From Heteronotia binoei (Eukaryota), in contig NC_083243.1 of NCBI RefSeq assembly GCF_032191835.1, positions 178,994,001 to 179,058,000 on the forward strand: a stretch of 64,000 nt of DNA. The letters are read 5' to 3'. Position 1 is the first letter of the stretch; each line of letters opens with the position of its first letter. The notes under the pieces are model-generated. The model had not been told where the DNA came from. It saw only the letters and a program-made list of their open reading frames with translations, and searched no databases. Positions 49,151 through 61,930 of the stretch are shown here, piece after piece. The translations under genes and the position numbers were made by a program.

Positions 49151-50227
49151 TGCTTAATTTCTGGGAAGACATGGTACCAAATTTAGTGCATTTGCGAAGG
49201 CTTTTCACTGGTGCAGTGAATCCAAAGCGCTAAGGAAAATTTTACTGCACAGCTCAGCTGCATAGATCTAGATTTATACATTTTCTGAGGTTGGGAGAAT
49301 TTGCACGTGGTTGTCTTGGCATTGCACTGGTCTGCTTTGAACTTATCTCCGTCTCGTGCTTATTGGCTGGTACCATTCTTGGTTAATCTCTGATAGATCC
49401 AGTCACTTTCTGGGTACGTACACATGTTCGGGATTCGACCTTGCCCCAAATACAAGTGGGTTTTGCGACCAATTAAAATCTTCGTTAGGAATGCTGGGCA
49501 AACACAGATACCAATCGTGTAGCCATGCATCCCCAAAGCATTACCCATTTTATAACAAAGGAAGCTGACATCCCACATCAGACATGCCGGGACAGTGAAG
49601 CAGCTGCTTCAGTATAAAACAAGTGGTAACATCTGTAGGAAGGAGCCATGTGGGTTGGTTGGCTGACATGGATCATGCCCACATCAATGTTCCCTCCACC
49701 CTGGTTGCCAGCAGTGCTAGCGTGGGTGGGAAGGAACCACGACACTTTCCCGATAGCTGCGGGCTCCTTAACGATGTGTTAGAAACTCTGCGGCTTGAAA
49801 CTGTAATACTATATCCTAACGTTGAAACTGATCAGGCCCAGCAAACTTCCTGGGCCTGCACTGCCCAGTCTTCAGAGACCTCTCCTGGGCAAAAGGGAAC
49901 AGGGCTTACAGCATCATCCCCTATGAGCGGCATGCTATATAAAACCTCTAGCTTGGTCAGGCCTGGCATCGATTCCAGGAGGCTGTTCTGCTCTCGTCGG
50001 CTCAACAGAACGACGACGTTTTGCCTGCTGAACTTTTGTCCAGCTATAGCCTCCAGTGAAAGCCTCCATTTCTGGCAGCTGACCTCAGAGAACCTGTAGA
50101 GAAGAACATGAGCTCCAGATCTGTTCATAACCCTTGGCCTGGTCTGACAGGTGCTTATCAGACTGACACTGAGGCTGAGCCATGTAGACTCAGGGATGCG
50201 CAATCACCCGGTGGTTGTTTGCATCAT

Positions 50228-51632
50228 GCATTGAGGAAGACTCAGCATGGGTTCTGTAAGGGAAGGTCTTGCCTCACTAACCTGTTACAGTTCTTTGAGG
50301 GGATGAACAAACATGTGGACAAAGAGGACCCAATAGATGTTGTTTACCTTGACTTCCAGAAAGCTTTTGATAAAGTTCCTCATCAAAGGCTCCTTAGTAA
50401 GCTTGAGAGTCATGGAGTAAAAGGACAGGTCCTCTTGTGAATCAAAAACTGGCTAATTAATAGGAAGCAGAGAGTGAGTATAAATAGGCAGTCTTCACAG
50501 TGGAGGACGGTAAGCAGTGGGGTGCTGCAGGGCTCCGTATTGGGTCCCATGCTCTTTAACTTGTTCATTAATGATCTGGAGTTGGGAGTAAGCAGTGAAG
50601 TGGGCAAGTTTGCAGATGACACTAAAATGTTCAGGGTGGTGAGAACCAGAGAGGATTGTGAGGAACTCCAAAGGGATCTGTTGAGGCTGGGTGAGTGGGC
50701 ATCAATGTGGCAGATGAGGTTCAATGTGGCCAAGTGCAAAGTAATGCACATTGGGGCCAAGAATCCCAGCTACAAATACAAGTCGATGGGTTGTGAACTG
50801 GCAGAGACTGACCAAGAGAGAGATCTTGGGGTCGTGGTAGATAACTCAATGAAAATGTCAAGACAGTGTGCGATTGCAATAAAAAAGGCCAATGCCATGC
50901 TGGGAATTATTAGGAAGGGAACTGAAAACAAATCAGCCAGTATCATAATGACCCTGTATAAATTGATGGTGCGGTCTCATTTGGAATACTGTGTGCAATT
51001 CTGGTCACTGCACCTCAAAAAGGATATTATAGCACTGGAAGAAGTCCAGAAAAGGGCAACTAGAATGATTAAAGGTTTGGAACACTTTCCCTATGAAGAA
51101 AGGTTAAAACGCTTGGGGCTCTTTAGCTTGGAGAAACGTCGACTGCGGGGTGACATGATAGAGGTTTACAAGATTATGCATGGGATGAAGAAAGTAGAGA
51201 AAGAAGTACTTTTCTCCCTTTCTCACAATACAAGAACTCGTGGGCATTCAATGAAATTGCTGAGCAGTCAGGTTAAAACTGATAAAAGGAAGTACTTCTT
51301 CACCCAAAAGGCGATTAACATATGGAATTCACTGCCACAGGAGGTGGTGGTGGCTACAAGCATAGCCAGGTGGGTGCACTTCTGGCTCAGGCCCCAGATT
51401 TACTTGCCTTTTAAATCCAGGGGTGGGAGGGGATTGGATAAAATATGGAGCAGAGGTCCATCAGTGGCTATTAGCCACAGTGTGTATATATATATATGTG
51501 TGTGTGTGTGTGTTTGTGTTTGTGTATACATATGTATGTATGTACACACGCACATATATTGGCCACTGTGTGACACAGAGTGTTGGACTGGATGGGCCAT
51601 TGGCCTGATCCAACATGGCTTCTCTTATGTTC
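50228..51632 (+). pseudogene. 5'-truncated CR1 LINE, ORF2 reverse transcriptase domain with one in-frame stop
   Basis: TQHGFCKGRSCLTNLL..YLDFQKAFDKVPH (TGA at 50438-50440) ..SGVLQGSVLGP..KFADDTK..RFNVAKCKVMHIG..LEKRRLRGD; standard CR1 3' UTR. Confidence 0.95.
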
Positions 51633-52524
51633 ATTCATGTAATGATTACAAGAGCCAAACATTTAACACATTGTTCATCTACATTCAAACATCTCCAGTG
51701 TGTCCAGTTAAATTTTTTAAAAAATGACTAAACCTCTAATTACATTTCACTTTGTCACAATCAGCACCCCCCTGAATCTGCCATCATCCCACTTAAGAAG
51801 GTGCATTCTTGGAAGGAAAAAATACTTGACATTTTTTGTGTTCAGCATCTCTGGCTGGATTCAGATGGGCAGCTCATGGTGGTGGCCTCTTGGCTTTAAA
51901 AAAAAAACTGGCACAGTCTGAGATTCTTGCTGCAAGCAGACAGCTCACACCTGGCTGCTGAGAGAGGCAGGGCTGCACGCAACCAGAGGAGCGGCCACAT
52001 TGCTTGTGTGCTTGCAAGGCTCTTGCATGGCACACACCAGCTATTCGGATGGCCCGGAAATGCACCATGCAAGCGCTTCAGCAGTTTGCCGTCAGGAGGT
52101 ACCTGGTGGCTTTTTGAAGTGGAGTTGAGGCAGTGGGAGATGAGGCGGGTGTACTTCTGGCTCAGGGCCCAGATGTGCACATGTCAACTTGCCTTTTAAA
52201 TCCAGGGGTGGGAGTGGATGTGTTCGGGCCAAATTGCCCATCTGAATGCATCCTCTGGGTGCTTTCTGGTAATGCTACTGGCAATCATCCATTCATTCAT
52301 TTATTGTTAATTTACGTTGAACAAAGCAGGAGTCAAGTGGCACCTTTAAGACCAACCCATTTTTTATTTAGAACGTCAGCTTTCGTGTGCTCCTCGTGTT
52401 CTCTCCAAAGGGAACCAAAGCGGCTTACAGAAGAAACAAACTATCAAATACACAACAAAACAACAAACTGCATCATGGGCTGGTCCTGAATTCCTTTGCT
52501 AACTCACCCAAAGGCATGGGCTGC

Positions 52525-53013
52525 AAGAAGAAGAAGAAGATACTGGATTTATATCCTGCCCTCCACTCCGAAGAGTCTCAGAGCAGCTCACAATCTCCTT
52601 TCCCTTCCTCCCCCACAACAGACACGCTGTGAGGTAGATGAAGATATTGGATTTATATCCCGCCCTCCACTCCGAAGAGTCTCAGAGCGGCTCACAATCT
52701 CCTTTCCCTTCCTCCCCCACAACAGACACCCTGTGAGGTAGATGAAGATATTGGATTTATATCCCACCCTCCACTCTGAAGAGTCTCAGAGTGGCTCACA
52801 ATCTCCTTTACCTTCCTCCCCCACAACAGACACTCTGTGAGGTGGGTGGGGCTGGAGAGGGCTCTCACAGCAGCTGCCCTTTCAAGGACAACCTCTGCCA
52901 GAGCTATGGCTGACCCAAGGCCATGCCAGCAGGTGCAAGTGGAGGAGTGGGGAATCAAACCTGGTTCTCCCAGAAAAGAGTCCATACACTTAACCACTAC
53001 ACCAAACTGGCTC
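52525..53013 (-). repeat. Squam3 SINE with three tandem 3' units
   Basis: Same GTGAGGTAGATGAAGATATTGG junction as the other arrays. Confidence 0.9.
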
Positions 53014-53204
53014 TCCTTGACGCAAGGACCTTCAGCATGCTCCTCTAGCCACAGCACCAAATCCTCCCTTGCTTTATTTATATTCCGTTTTCTTCCCTAA
53101 TCGGGATCAAAAAAGTGCTTATAAAATTATTCACCCCCTGCTCCACCTTATCTGCATACCAAGAACCCTTAAGTAGGCTAGACTAGGTTGAAAACGCTTA
53201 GGGC

Positions 53205-53620
53205 TTTTTAGCTTGGAGAAACGTCGACTGCAGGGTGACATGATAGAGGTTTACAAGATAATGCATGGGATGGAGAAAGTAGAGAAAGAAGTCCTTTTCT
53301 CCCTTTCTCACAATAGAAGAACTTGTGGGCATTCGATGAAATTGCTGAGCAGACAGGTTAAAACGGATAAAAGGAAGTACTTCTTCACCCAAAGGGTGAT
53401 TAACATGTGGCATTCGCTGCCACAGGAGGTGGTGGTGGCCACAAGCATAGCCACCTTCAAGAGGGGTTTAGATAAAAATATGGAGCAGAGGTCCATCAGT
53501 GGTTATTAGCCAGTGTGTGTGTGTGTGTGCATAATTTTTTTTTGGCCACTGTGTGACACAGAATGTTGGACTGGATGGGCCATTGGCCTGATCTAACATG
53601 GCTTCTCTTATGTTCTTATG
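53205..53620 (+). mobile_element. CR1 3' fragment
   Basis: ORF 53213-53509 EKRRLQGDMIEVYK..; 3' UTR tail. Confidence 0.9.
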
Positions 53621-54149
53621 TCGTGATGGGCTCAAGGTCACCTGGTGAACTTCCAGGGCACAGCCATGATCCAGACACAGTCATCTCAAGTCCTGGTTCT
53701 CCCCTCTAACCAGTATACCAAGCCAGCTTTTTTTGTGAGTTATTAATTAAAATATTTACACCCTGCCTTTCCTCTTGGATCACAGCAGCTTTATAGGTAC
53801 TTGAACCAGAAGGGAAAACCCAGTGGTCAGCAAAACGATGCAGCGGGTACAAATGTCCCCCCGCCCCGCGCTTCCCCTCCCTGCTGTGACTGCTGCGAAG
53901 CTGTCCAGATCAGGATCGGCTTGCACATTAGTTCTTCTTGCATGAACTCATAGAAATTGTATTGTTGTGTCTACAAAATGCTTGCTTTTTTAAAAAAAAA
54001 GTGTGTCAAGGCTTATTTGCAATTCAGGATACCTACAATGAAAGGAGGGAGGGGGAAGTTCTGCTGAACTATCCTGATTCATGGTATTGTATCCAATGTT
54101 GGTCCTTCAGAGGATGCATCTGACTTTAAAGGTGCAAAGAGAGGGTGAA

Positions 54150-54362
54150 CATATGGACATATGAAGCTGCCTTCTACTGAATCAGACCCTTGGTCCATTA
54201 AAATCAGTATTGTCTACTCAGACTGGCAGCGGCCCTCCAGGGTCTCAAGCTGAGGATTTTCATGCCTACTTGCCTGGACCCTTTCTTGGAGATGCCAGGG
54301 ATTGAACCTGGGACCTTCTGCTTCCCAAGCAGATGCTGTACCACTGAGCTACAGTCCCTCCC
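54150..54362 (-). mobile_element. tRNA-derived SINE (Squam2-like)
   Basis: Reverse complement of 42128-42737 without the CR1 insert. Confidence 0.8.
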
Positions 54363-55899
54363 TAACTTTGAGCGATTCTCCTCAACAAGCTGATAAGTTT
54401 AGTGACCTGACCATGACTCTGGAGATTATATACATTCCTCTCCGGTGATCTAGATGATTTAATTCACTGACTGTCCAGGTGCAAAAGCGACTGCAGCCTG
54501 CAACCCAGAAATTGCAAATGTAGCTCATTTACAAAGGCATGACCTGTCTGTGACACTATAGCATAAGAAGCTGTTGCACAGTTTCAAAGCTTCTCCGCTA
54601 AAAATAAACAGCAAAGCAATGGACAAGCACAATCAGGTTGTGTATCCTTGAAGGATTCCGATAAAACAAGTTTGGCTGGCTATAGCTAAGTGTGTTTTTC
54701 TTGATGTTCCCAGCATCCCGGGCAGAAGAAGATAACACACGGTTCCCCCCACCCCACCCCCTTTCAAATAACTGGTTTTGAAATACATTTTGTGTGGCTG
54801 CAAAATTCCTGTCAGGTCTCCTGTTGAGAAGCTTTGGTCTGTGTGTGCATCGCTCAGGTCATGAAGCACACTTGACACGCATTAATACCCCGGGAAGCCA
54901 CTGGTGCTGTCTTCTTTTTGAATAGCCGTGATTGTTTGGAACAGGAGCGGCCTCCGCGAGCCCTTCTACCTAACCCATTCCTTTCAGTCACCGCACAAGG
55001 GAGAAAGCTGTGACCTGAAAGTAAACAGAACAGAATCCATCTGTTAATCAACAGGAGTGGCACAGTCCCGATTGATTTAAGTTGCTGTTTTAGGTTAGCT
55101 GGATGGAGACTCAGTGGGTTCACACAGTGTTTTCACTGCTGCTGAATGTAAGTGTTTCAGGCTATTTTAAGTCACAGCTGTAGAAGAAGTGTAAAAAAAA
55201 AAAACATCTGCCATTAACAGCCGAGCTAAGGGGAAGTTTAAGGCCGGAAAGATGGAGCCAAGATAAAATCTAAGCGGCTCAGTCAACGTTGCTTTATTCT
55301 TTGGGTTTAGCCAGACTGAAGGAGCAGCTGCCATAAACAAGGATCACTAAAGCGTGGCTTTATAGAAGGACCAGCCCTTCTGTCTTGATAGGTAAACCAC
55401 CTGCCTTCAGTCGACTGCTTTTAAAGCTCATCAGCCATCCAGTTATATACAGATTGCTGTAACTTTGGGGCATCTCTCGAATGTTTGGCTTCTCTTGAAA
55501 TGCTTATGCCCTGCCCTGTGGAATATCTTATGATGAAACTAGGGTGAGGGAAATGAGGACAGGTCTCATCTTAGGTCTAGTTTAGACAATACAGACACAT
55601 CACGGGGATGTTTCTGTTTTCACGGGATGTGTTTGTGCATTTATGAAAGCTACCATGCGCATTTACAGGGGGAGTTGGTAGCTGGCCACCTCAGGGATCC
55701 AACTTCATAATTCCATGGCCGTTTCCTGTGATTTATTTTTTGTGACATTCTGAACTTTTACTTTATACTCCCTGGGAAGGAGGTTTTCAGTACTGGCTGG
55801 CGGAAGAGTTCTGATTCTAGCACACTTGAATGATTGGGGACTGTCAAGCCATCTGTGCCTGTGGTTCTCCTTTCAAAGTACTGACTTGTACCACTTTCT

Positions 55900-56368
55900 C
55901 TCTCTCTCTCTCTCTCGGCTTGGCTTCGCGAACGAAGATTTAAGAAGGGTGCAATAGTCCACGTTTGCTGCAGGCTCGCTGGTGGCTGACAAGACCAATG
56001 TGGGACAGGCAGGTCCGGCCACAGCGGCTGCAGGGAAAAGTCTGATTTAGGGTTGGTCCTGTAGCAGTGCGATTCTTCCTCAATCTCCTTTTGTCCTCAA
56101 GACCAGCTATGCGTGTGTTCTCAAAGGAAGAGACAGCCTGGTGGATGGTGTGCCTCCATGCTTTGCGATCTGAGGCTAGGTCAGACCACTGGTGATGGTT
56201 GATGTGACAGGTGCTAAGGGATTTCTTCAAGGAGTCCTTGTACCTCTTCTTTGGTGCCCCTCTATTTCGATGGCCGGTGGAGAGTTCGCCATACAGGGCA
56301 ATCTTGGGAAGGCGGTGGTTTTCCATCCTAGAAATATGCCCCGCCCAGCGCAGCTGCGTCTTCAACAG
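55900..56368 (-). mobile_element. RTE-clade LINE 3' fragment
   Basis: QLRWAGHISRMENHRLPKIALYGEL..PCSRCGRTCLSHIGLVSHQRAC; (GA)n tail; flanking CACTTTCT repeat. Confidence 0.92.
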
Positions 56369-57002
56369 CACTTTCTATAGGAAACTTGCAATGACCCATG
56401 GGATAAAAAAAAAACTTCCAGAGCTGCACGATACCAAGCAGATTAACATTTGCAAAAATCAACACTTGTGGCAAGTACTCTTGCCAGATGCCATGTCACC
56501 AGCCAGGAATGTGGTAAACCAGGCTTTAAACTCTTCATCAAGGCGACAAATGGCTGCTCAGTTGGAGATCAATGGAGAAATAATTGTGATTTGGTGGCAA
56601 CCTATTTATTTACAAATACAGTAGTTAAGCAGGCATTGTAACGGCACAGAGGCAACAGCACCGACTTGAAAATGCCCATTCCAAAGCAATACTAGGGCCC
56701 TCAACTTTTTTATTTCTCAGAAACCTTATAACAGTTTTGCCCAATCAAAAAAATGCCTTGGCATGTGGATATTGCATCTGTTCCAGATAAATGGCATGAC
56801 CACTTGCTGTTAGCACCCATCCATTGACTTTGGTCAGACATAGCACAAAAACATGATTTAATTAAAGCTAATTGGATTTTCCAAATGCAAGCCATTCTCC
56901 TACCTAGTTAGTTTCAGTATCTCAGACCAGGAGCTGAAATTATTGTTTGAATGTGATTGGTTTATCTTAACCACAATTTGACATGATGCATGAGTATGGG
57001 CA

Positions 57003-57335
57003 AGCAGCCCCGTGGTGCAGAGTGGTTACGCTGCAGTACTGCAGTCTGAACTCTCTGCTCATGACCTGAGTTTGATCCCGGCAGAAGCTGGGTTCAGGTA
57101 GCCGGCTCCAGGTTGACTCAGCCTTCCATCCTTCTGAGGTCGGTAAAATGAGTCCCCAGCTTCCTGGGGGGAAAGTGTAGATGACTGGGGAAGGCAATGG
57201 CAAACCACCCCGTAAAAAGTCTGCCGTGAATATGTTTCAAGACGACATCACCCCATATGTTATGATGCGACACATTGCACCCCAGAGTCGGAAACGACTG
57301 GTGCTTGCACAGGGTGCCTCTACTTTTACCTTTTT
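57003..57335 (+). mobile_element. Sauria SINE
   Basis: tRNA head, GGTTGACTCAGCCTTCCATCC, GTCGGAAACGACTGGTGCTTGCACAGGG and ACCTTT tail. Confidence 0.9.
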
Positions 57336-57536
57336 TATGAGTATGGGCATCCTGACTTAATCCTGGCATCTTTCCCTGGCACTGTGCTTGCACCTTAGCC
57401 AGCTGTACATATACGCAACCAATACAAGAGGGACAAACCCAGCGTTTTTCAAGGCCAACTAGGGTATGAGTGATTGTCAATAGGCTGAATGCTGGTTTCG
57501 CTAACTAACCATAGTTGAAAATGGGGGGGGGGGGTT

Positions 57537-57731
57537 GTAGAAAAAGCCCAGCAGGAACTCATTTGCTTTAGGCCACACTCCTTGATGTCACCATTGTTTC
57601 ACACAGGGCTTTTTTTTTTTTTGTAGAAAAGGCCCAGCAGACGCTCATTTGCCTATTAGGCTACAACCCCGATGCCAAGCCAGCCAGAACTGCATTCCTG
57701 TGCGTTCCTGCTCAAAAAAGAAAAAGCCCTG
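57537..57731. mobile_element. CAGGGCTTTT-family MITE (hAT-like)
   Basis: Paralog of 48962-49150; ends AAAAAGCCCTG. Confidence 0.65.
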
Positions 57732-57778
57732 GTTGAAATCAACAATCGTTTCATGCAATGACCGAAATGAGCCAAGAC

Positions 57779-58267
57779 TGGGGTTGCCAAGTCCAATTTA
57801 AGAAATATCTGGGGACTTTGGGGGTGGAGCCAGGAGACATTGGGGGTGGAGCCAAGATCAAGGCTGTGACAAGCATAATTGCTCCAAAGGGAGTTCTGGC
57901 CACCGCATTTAAAGGGACGGCACACCTTTTCAATGCCTTCCTTCCATAGGAAATCATGAAGGATAGGGGCACCTTCTTTCAGGGCTCATAGAATTGGACC
58001 CCCTGGTCCAATCTTTTTGAAACTGGGGGGGGGGTATTTTGGGGAGAGGCACTAGATGCTATACTGAAAATTTGGTGCCTCTACCTCAAAAAATAGCTCC
58101 CCCAGATATCCACGGATCCATTATTTTCGATGGGAATAAATCTCCCTAGGGAATAATAGAGTTCCCAGCAGACATTTCCCTCCCCCCGCTTTCTGATGAC
58201 CCTGAAGCGGGGGGAGGGCCTCCAAACCGGGGGATCCCCTGCCCCCAGCTGGGGATTGGCAACCCTA
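57779..58267. mobile_element. hAT MITE, TAGGGTTGCC family
   Basis: TIRs with a perfect 8-bp TSD GCCAAGAC. Confidence 0.92.
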
Positions 58268-59680
58268 GCCAAGACTCATCACAAACCAAGGAAGACATCC
58301 ATCTATCGGCTTTATTCAACACAACAGGCATGGAAATGCTTCAATTTGTTTGGATGAACGAAAAACAGTATGTTCTAAGTGAAGGGAAATATTTATATGC
58401 TTCACGTGATTTAAGACTAAACGATAAGTGTTATTGTTTGCTTAGGAAATTTATATGCAGCCTCTCCAGAGACCTCATCAACAGAGCTTAATAACATTTA
58501 CCGGTGGGCAATTTTTGCATCCTGAAAAATCTTCTAAATTAGCTACATGGAGCTGAGATTGCTACTGGGGCAGGAGATGCGAGCATCTGTTCGGAGGCAC
58601 TTGTAAAACGTAGAAACTTAGTCCACCTTTTGTGCCAGTATAAGCCCCTTTAGAAGGATCAGACTACTGATTTCATGGCTATAGGCCTTTCATATTCTTC
58701 CACAGCCTGAGTGCTCATACTGTCTTGTGAGCTCAAATAACTCCATCTCTTCTGCCTGGAAAAGTTCCATGTGAAACTTTCACCTCATTCTCATCTCTCT
58801 CAGAGGGCTCTAGTTACTGTTGAGTCTGTTAGCAGCTCCTGATACTATACTTATTCTGGGTTATCTTCCTCTTCAGTAGCAAGAGCAACAGCTGTTCTGC
58901 AAATGCTTATCTGAACTTCTGAATTCTTCAAAGCCTGCCCATGGCAAAGGCTCACACTTACATGTGGAGAAAGCACAGGTGGGCAGCCAAAGCTTTTCTA
59001 AGTGGACCTGGAGCTATGCTAAAAGCCCTTTCACATTCCCCACAGTTAAATTCTTCGGTAGTATTAGATTCAGAAAGACAATCCTAACTTGGCAATCAAC
59101 AAAGTGGCAGCGAAAGTGCCTTATTGTTGGTGGGCTTCCAGAAGCTTCTATGATCCAGCAGCACTTATATTTTAAACCATAATTTCAAAGTTTCCCACCA
59201 CACTTTAATCTATAAAGTAACCTTGTTCTCTTTGGGGTTCTTTCTTCATTAGCTTCCATACTTAGGGTATAGTTTTCCCAGTCTGACTTTGCATTCTGGG
59301 ATAAACTCAAATCCCAGTGAGTCTTTCAGCAAACACTGACTGGCTTCTTTCCTTTGCTAAAATTAGGCCTGCTTGAGGTTGGCAAACAATATGAGACTAG
59401 CTTGCGCCTCCATTTTGTTGCGATGAGTTCCTTCAGGGGAACTCCCTTTAACAGTGCCACAGGGGCCCAGTCACCAGGGCAGACTTGGAGATGCCATCTC
59501 ATCTCATTTGGTCCTTCAAGACTATGTATCTCAGACTCAGCCAATGAGGATGTCAAGTCCTGGGGCCTGCAGGCCAGGTTCTTCCGGAGAGTGGGCCTCC
59601 AGGACACAGATATTCCCAGGTGAAGATTATTCCCAAAACTTCAGGAGGAGGGTGGTTTAGCCACTGATATCCCTTTCTCC

Positions 59681-60388
59681 TAGGGTTCCCAAATCCCCCG
59701 CTAGGCCTGGAGACTCCCGATTTGGAGCCTCCTCCCCCTGCTGGCCATAAAAGGGAAAGCGGGGGGAGGCGAGGGGGGAGAACGGCAGCCCTTCCCACCC
59801 AGCCCCGATCGCAGCAGCCAGAGCTCTTCCGTTTTCTCAGGCTGCTTCCCGCCCCCAGTCAGCTGGCCGGTGAAGGGAGGGAAGCCCAGCCACACCCCCA
59901 AAGGACCATGTGCCTTTGCGCCTCCGGAGGTGAGTGAGTTCTGTCCCCTGCATCAGATTTCCCAGAAACGGGGGGGGGGGGAGGGGGGGAGAGGGATATG
60001 TCTTCTCATAGGGTATAATGGGGAATTGATCTGGAGGTTTCGGGGGGGAGCTGTTTTTTGAGGTAGAGGCACCAAATTTTCAATATAGTATCTAGTGCCT
60101 CTCCCCAAAGTATCCCCCAAATTTCAAAACGATTGGACCAGGGGGTCCAATTCTATGAGCCCCAAAAGAAGGTGCCCTTATCCTTCATTATTTCCTATGG
60201 AAGGAAGACATTTAAAAAGGTGTGCTGTCCCTTTAAATGTGATGGCCAGTACTCTCTTGGAGTTCGGTTATGCTTGTCACACTCTTGTTCCTGGCTCCGC
60301 CCCAATGTCTCCTGGCTCCACCCCCAAAGTCTCCTGGCTCCACCCCCAAAGTCCCCAGATATTTCTTGAATTGGACTTGGCAACCCTA
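59681..60388. mobile_element. hAT MITE, longer TAGGGTTGCC-family variant
   Basis: TAGGGTTCCCAA / TTGGCAACCCTA; perfect 8-bp TSD CTTTCTCC. Confidence 0.92.
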
Positions 60389-60584
60389 CTTTCTCCCTTC
60401 AAAAACTCTCTCTTTTGTTCAGCTTTCTCTCTCAGTCAGTAGCTGCCAGTGAACTTTCTGAGAATCTTGCACACTTCCTCGCCAGCTTCGGTTTCCTCCC
60501 ACTTTTAAATCTCTCTCCTTCCAACACACCTCCCCAAAGTGATCCAATCCCCTCCCTCATCCCACAAGTGACATCATACTAATT

Positions 60585-61930
60585 TATTTGATTTATTGAT
60601 GGGATTTATATCCTGCCCATCCTGCCAAGGCAGGCTCAGGGTGGGTAACAACATAAGAAAATATACATTAATTCATTAAAATCCTAAAATCTTCAGATCA
60701 ATAAATTACAACTCACAACATTAATTAAACATAAGATGGCTATATTCTATGAATCTGCTCCAGGCATGCTCCAGGCATGTTGATAATAGCTAATATCATA
60801 GGCATTCCATACAATGAACAATAAAAGGTAGGTCTGACCAATATCCAGTCACTATACATCATACAGTAGGAGGGGTGGATTGAATCAGATGTCTGAATAT
60901 CATTGGAAGGCCTTGTGGAAGAGCCCCATCTTACAGGTCCTGTGGAACTGCAATAGATTCTGTAGAGCCCTGATTTCCATGAGGAGCTCATTCAACCATG
61001 CAGGTGCCAGAGCCGAAAAGACTCTGGCCCTAGTAGAAATTGCCCCCCCCCCAGGCGGAATAACGAGGCAGACACAAAGTTGGGTTAAAGGGCCACTTTA
61101 TTAACTTAACGGCAAGGGCAAAACATGGGGACAGGTCAAGCCAGGGGTCAACCGCGACCACCTCCTTGACCCGAAACTGGGCGAGCCCCCTAAGCCCCGG
61201 GTGTGAGCCAACCAAAACGGCTCAGACCCGGCCGGCCCGGCAACTTGATCACCGCTCACCTGAGCTCCGCCATCCCCACAGACAGCAGCCTGGGATGCGG
61301 ACACTCAGCACTTGCCGGGATCCTACAGACTCCCTGGAGCCAACCTTGGGCCATACAGTTTGCGGTTCCCCAGGAGAGTCATGCACCAAATGGCGCGAAG
61401 CTACGGGAGCTCACCAATCCCCAAAACATAATGCCAACCACAAACTGCCAGTGACCAACCTACATAACGGCACCACCTTTCAAAATGCCAACACCAACAT
61501 CAGCAGTACAGGGTAGGCAAAAACACCCCCGAACCAGGCCAATCGTCCGAGGGCCAAAAATTCCTACCCGGCCCCTATAAACAGGCGACCAGCCTCTGCC
61601 TGTACTGCTTGAAGGGCGGGCGGGCCGAGAGCGAATTTCGACTGCGCACTAGGGGGCGGGGGCAGCCTTTTAAGGCTGCCTCAGCCCCTTCCCTCCAGGG
61701 ATATCCCATTGCCTCTCATCCGCGCGGGGAGGCAATGGGCGGCCCCCAGCCTCAGCAGTCAATGGACTGCTCGGCCGGGAAGGGGCCGAACTAGCCGGAC
61801 ATATTTCGGGCCAGGGACTACCAGTTAACATTGATCAGCTATCTTAAAGCTTTTCAAGAGACATATGGGGAGAGGCAGTCCCATAGGTATGTTGGCCTGG
61901 TGTCCTGTAGGTATGTGGCCAATAGCCAAT
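60585..61930 (-). mobile_element. Older L2 3' fragment interrupted by the 61042-61796 insertion
   Basis: (TAAA)n-like tail, GGCTCAGGGTGGG end, and GGGCCAGGGACTACCAG homologous to the L2 at 28187-28771. Confidence 0.7.
61042..61796 (-). mobile_element. ~755-bp LTR-like element, probable DIRS/Ngaro family repeat
   Basis: Homologous to 7940-8672; GCC at both junctions on the plus strand; removing it restores continuous L2 sequence (GAAATTGCCGGACAT). Confidence 0.65.

Noticed and set aside
50474-51727. 417-aa ORF as an active retrotransposon or host gene
   Set aside because: 5'-truncated CR1 lacking ORF1 and endonuclease, with an upstream in-frame stop and a foreign insertion near the C-terminus.
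58600-59620. Degenerate coding-like stretch on the minus strand
   Set aside because: Many stops in all frames and no motif I could assign; a translated search would be needed.
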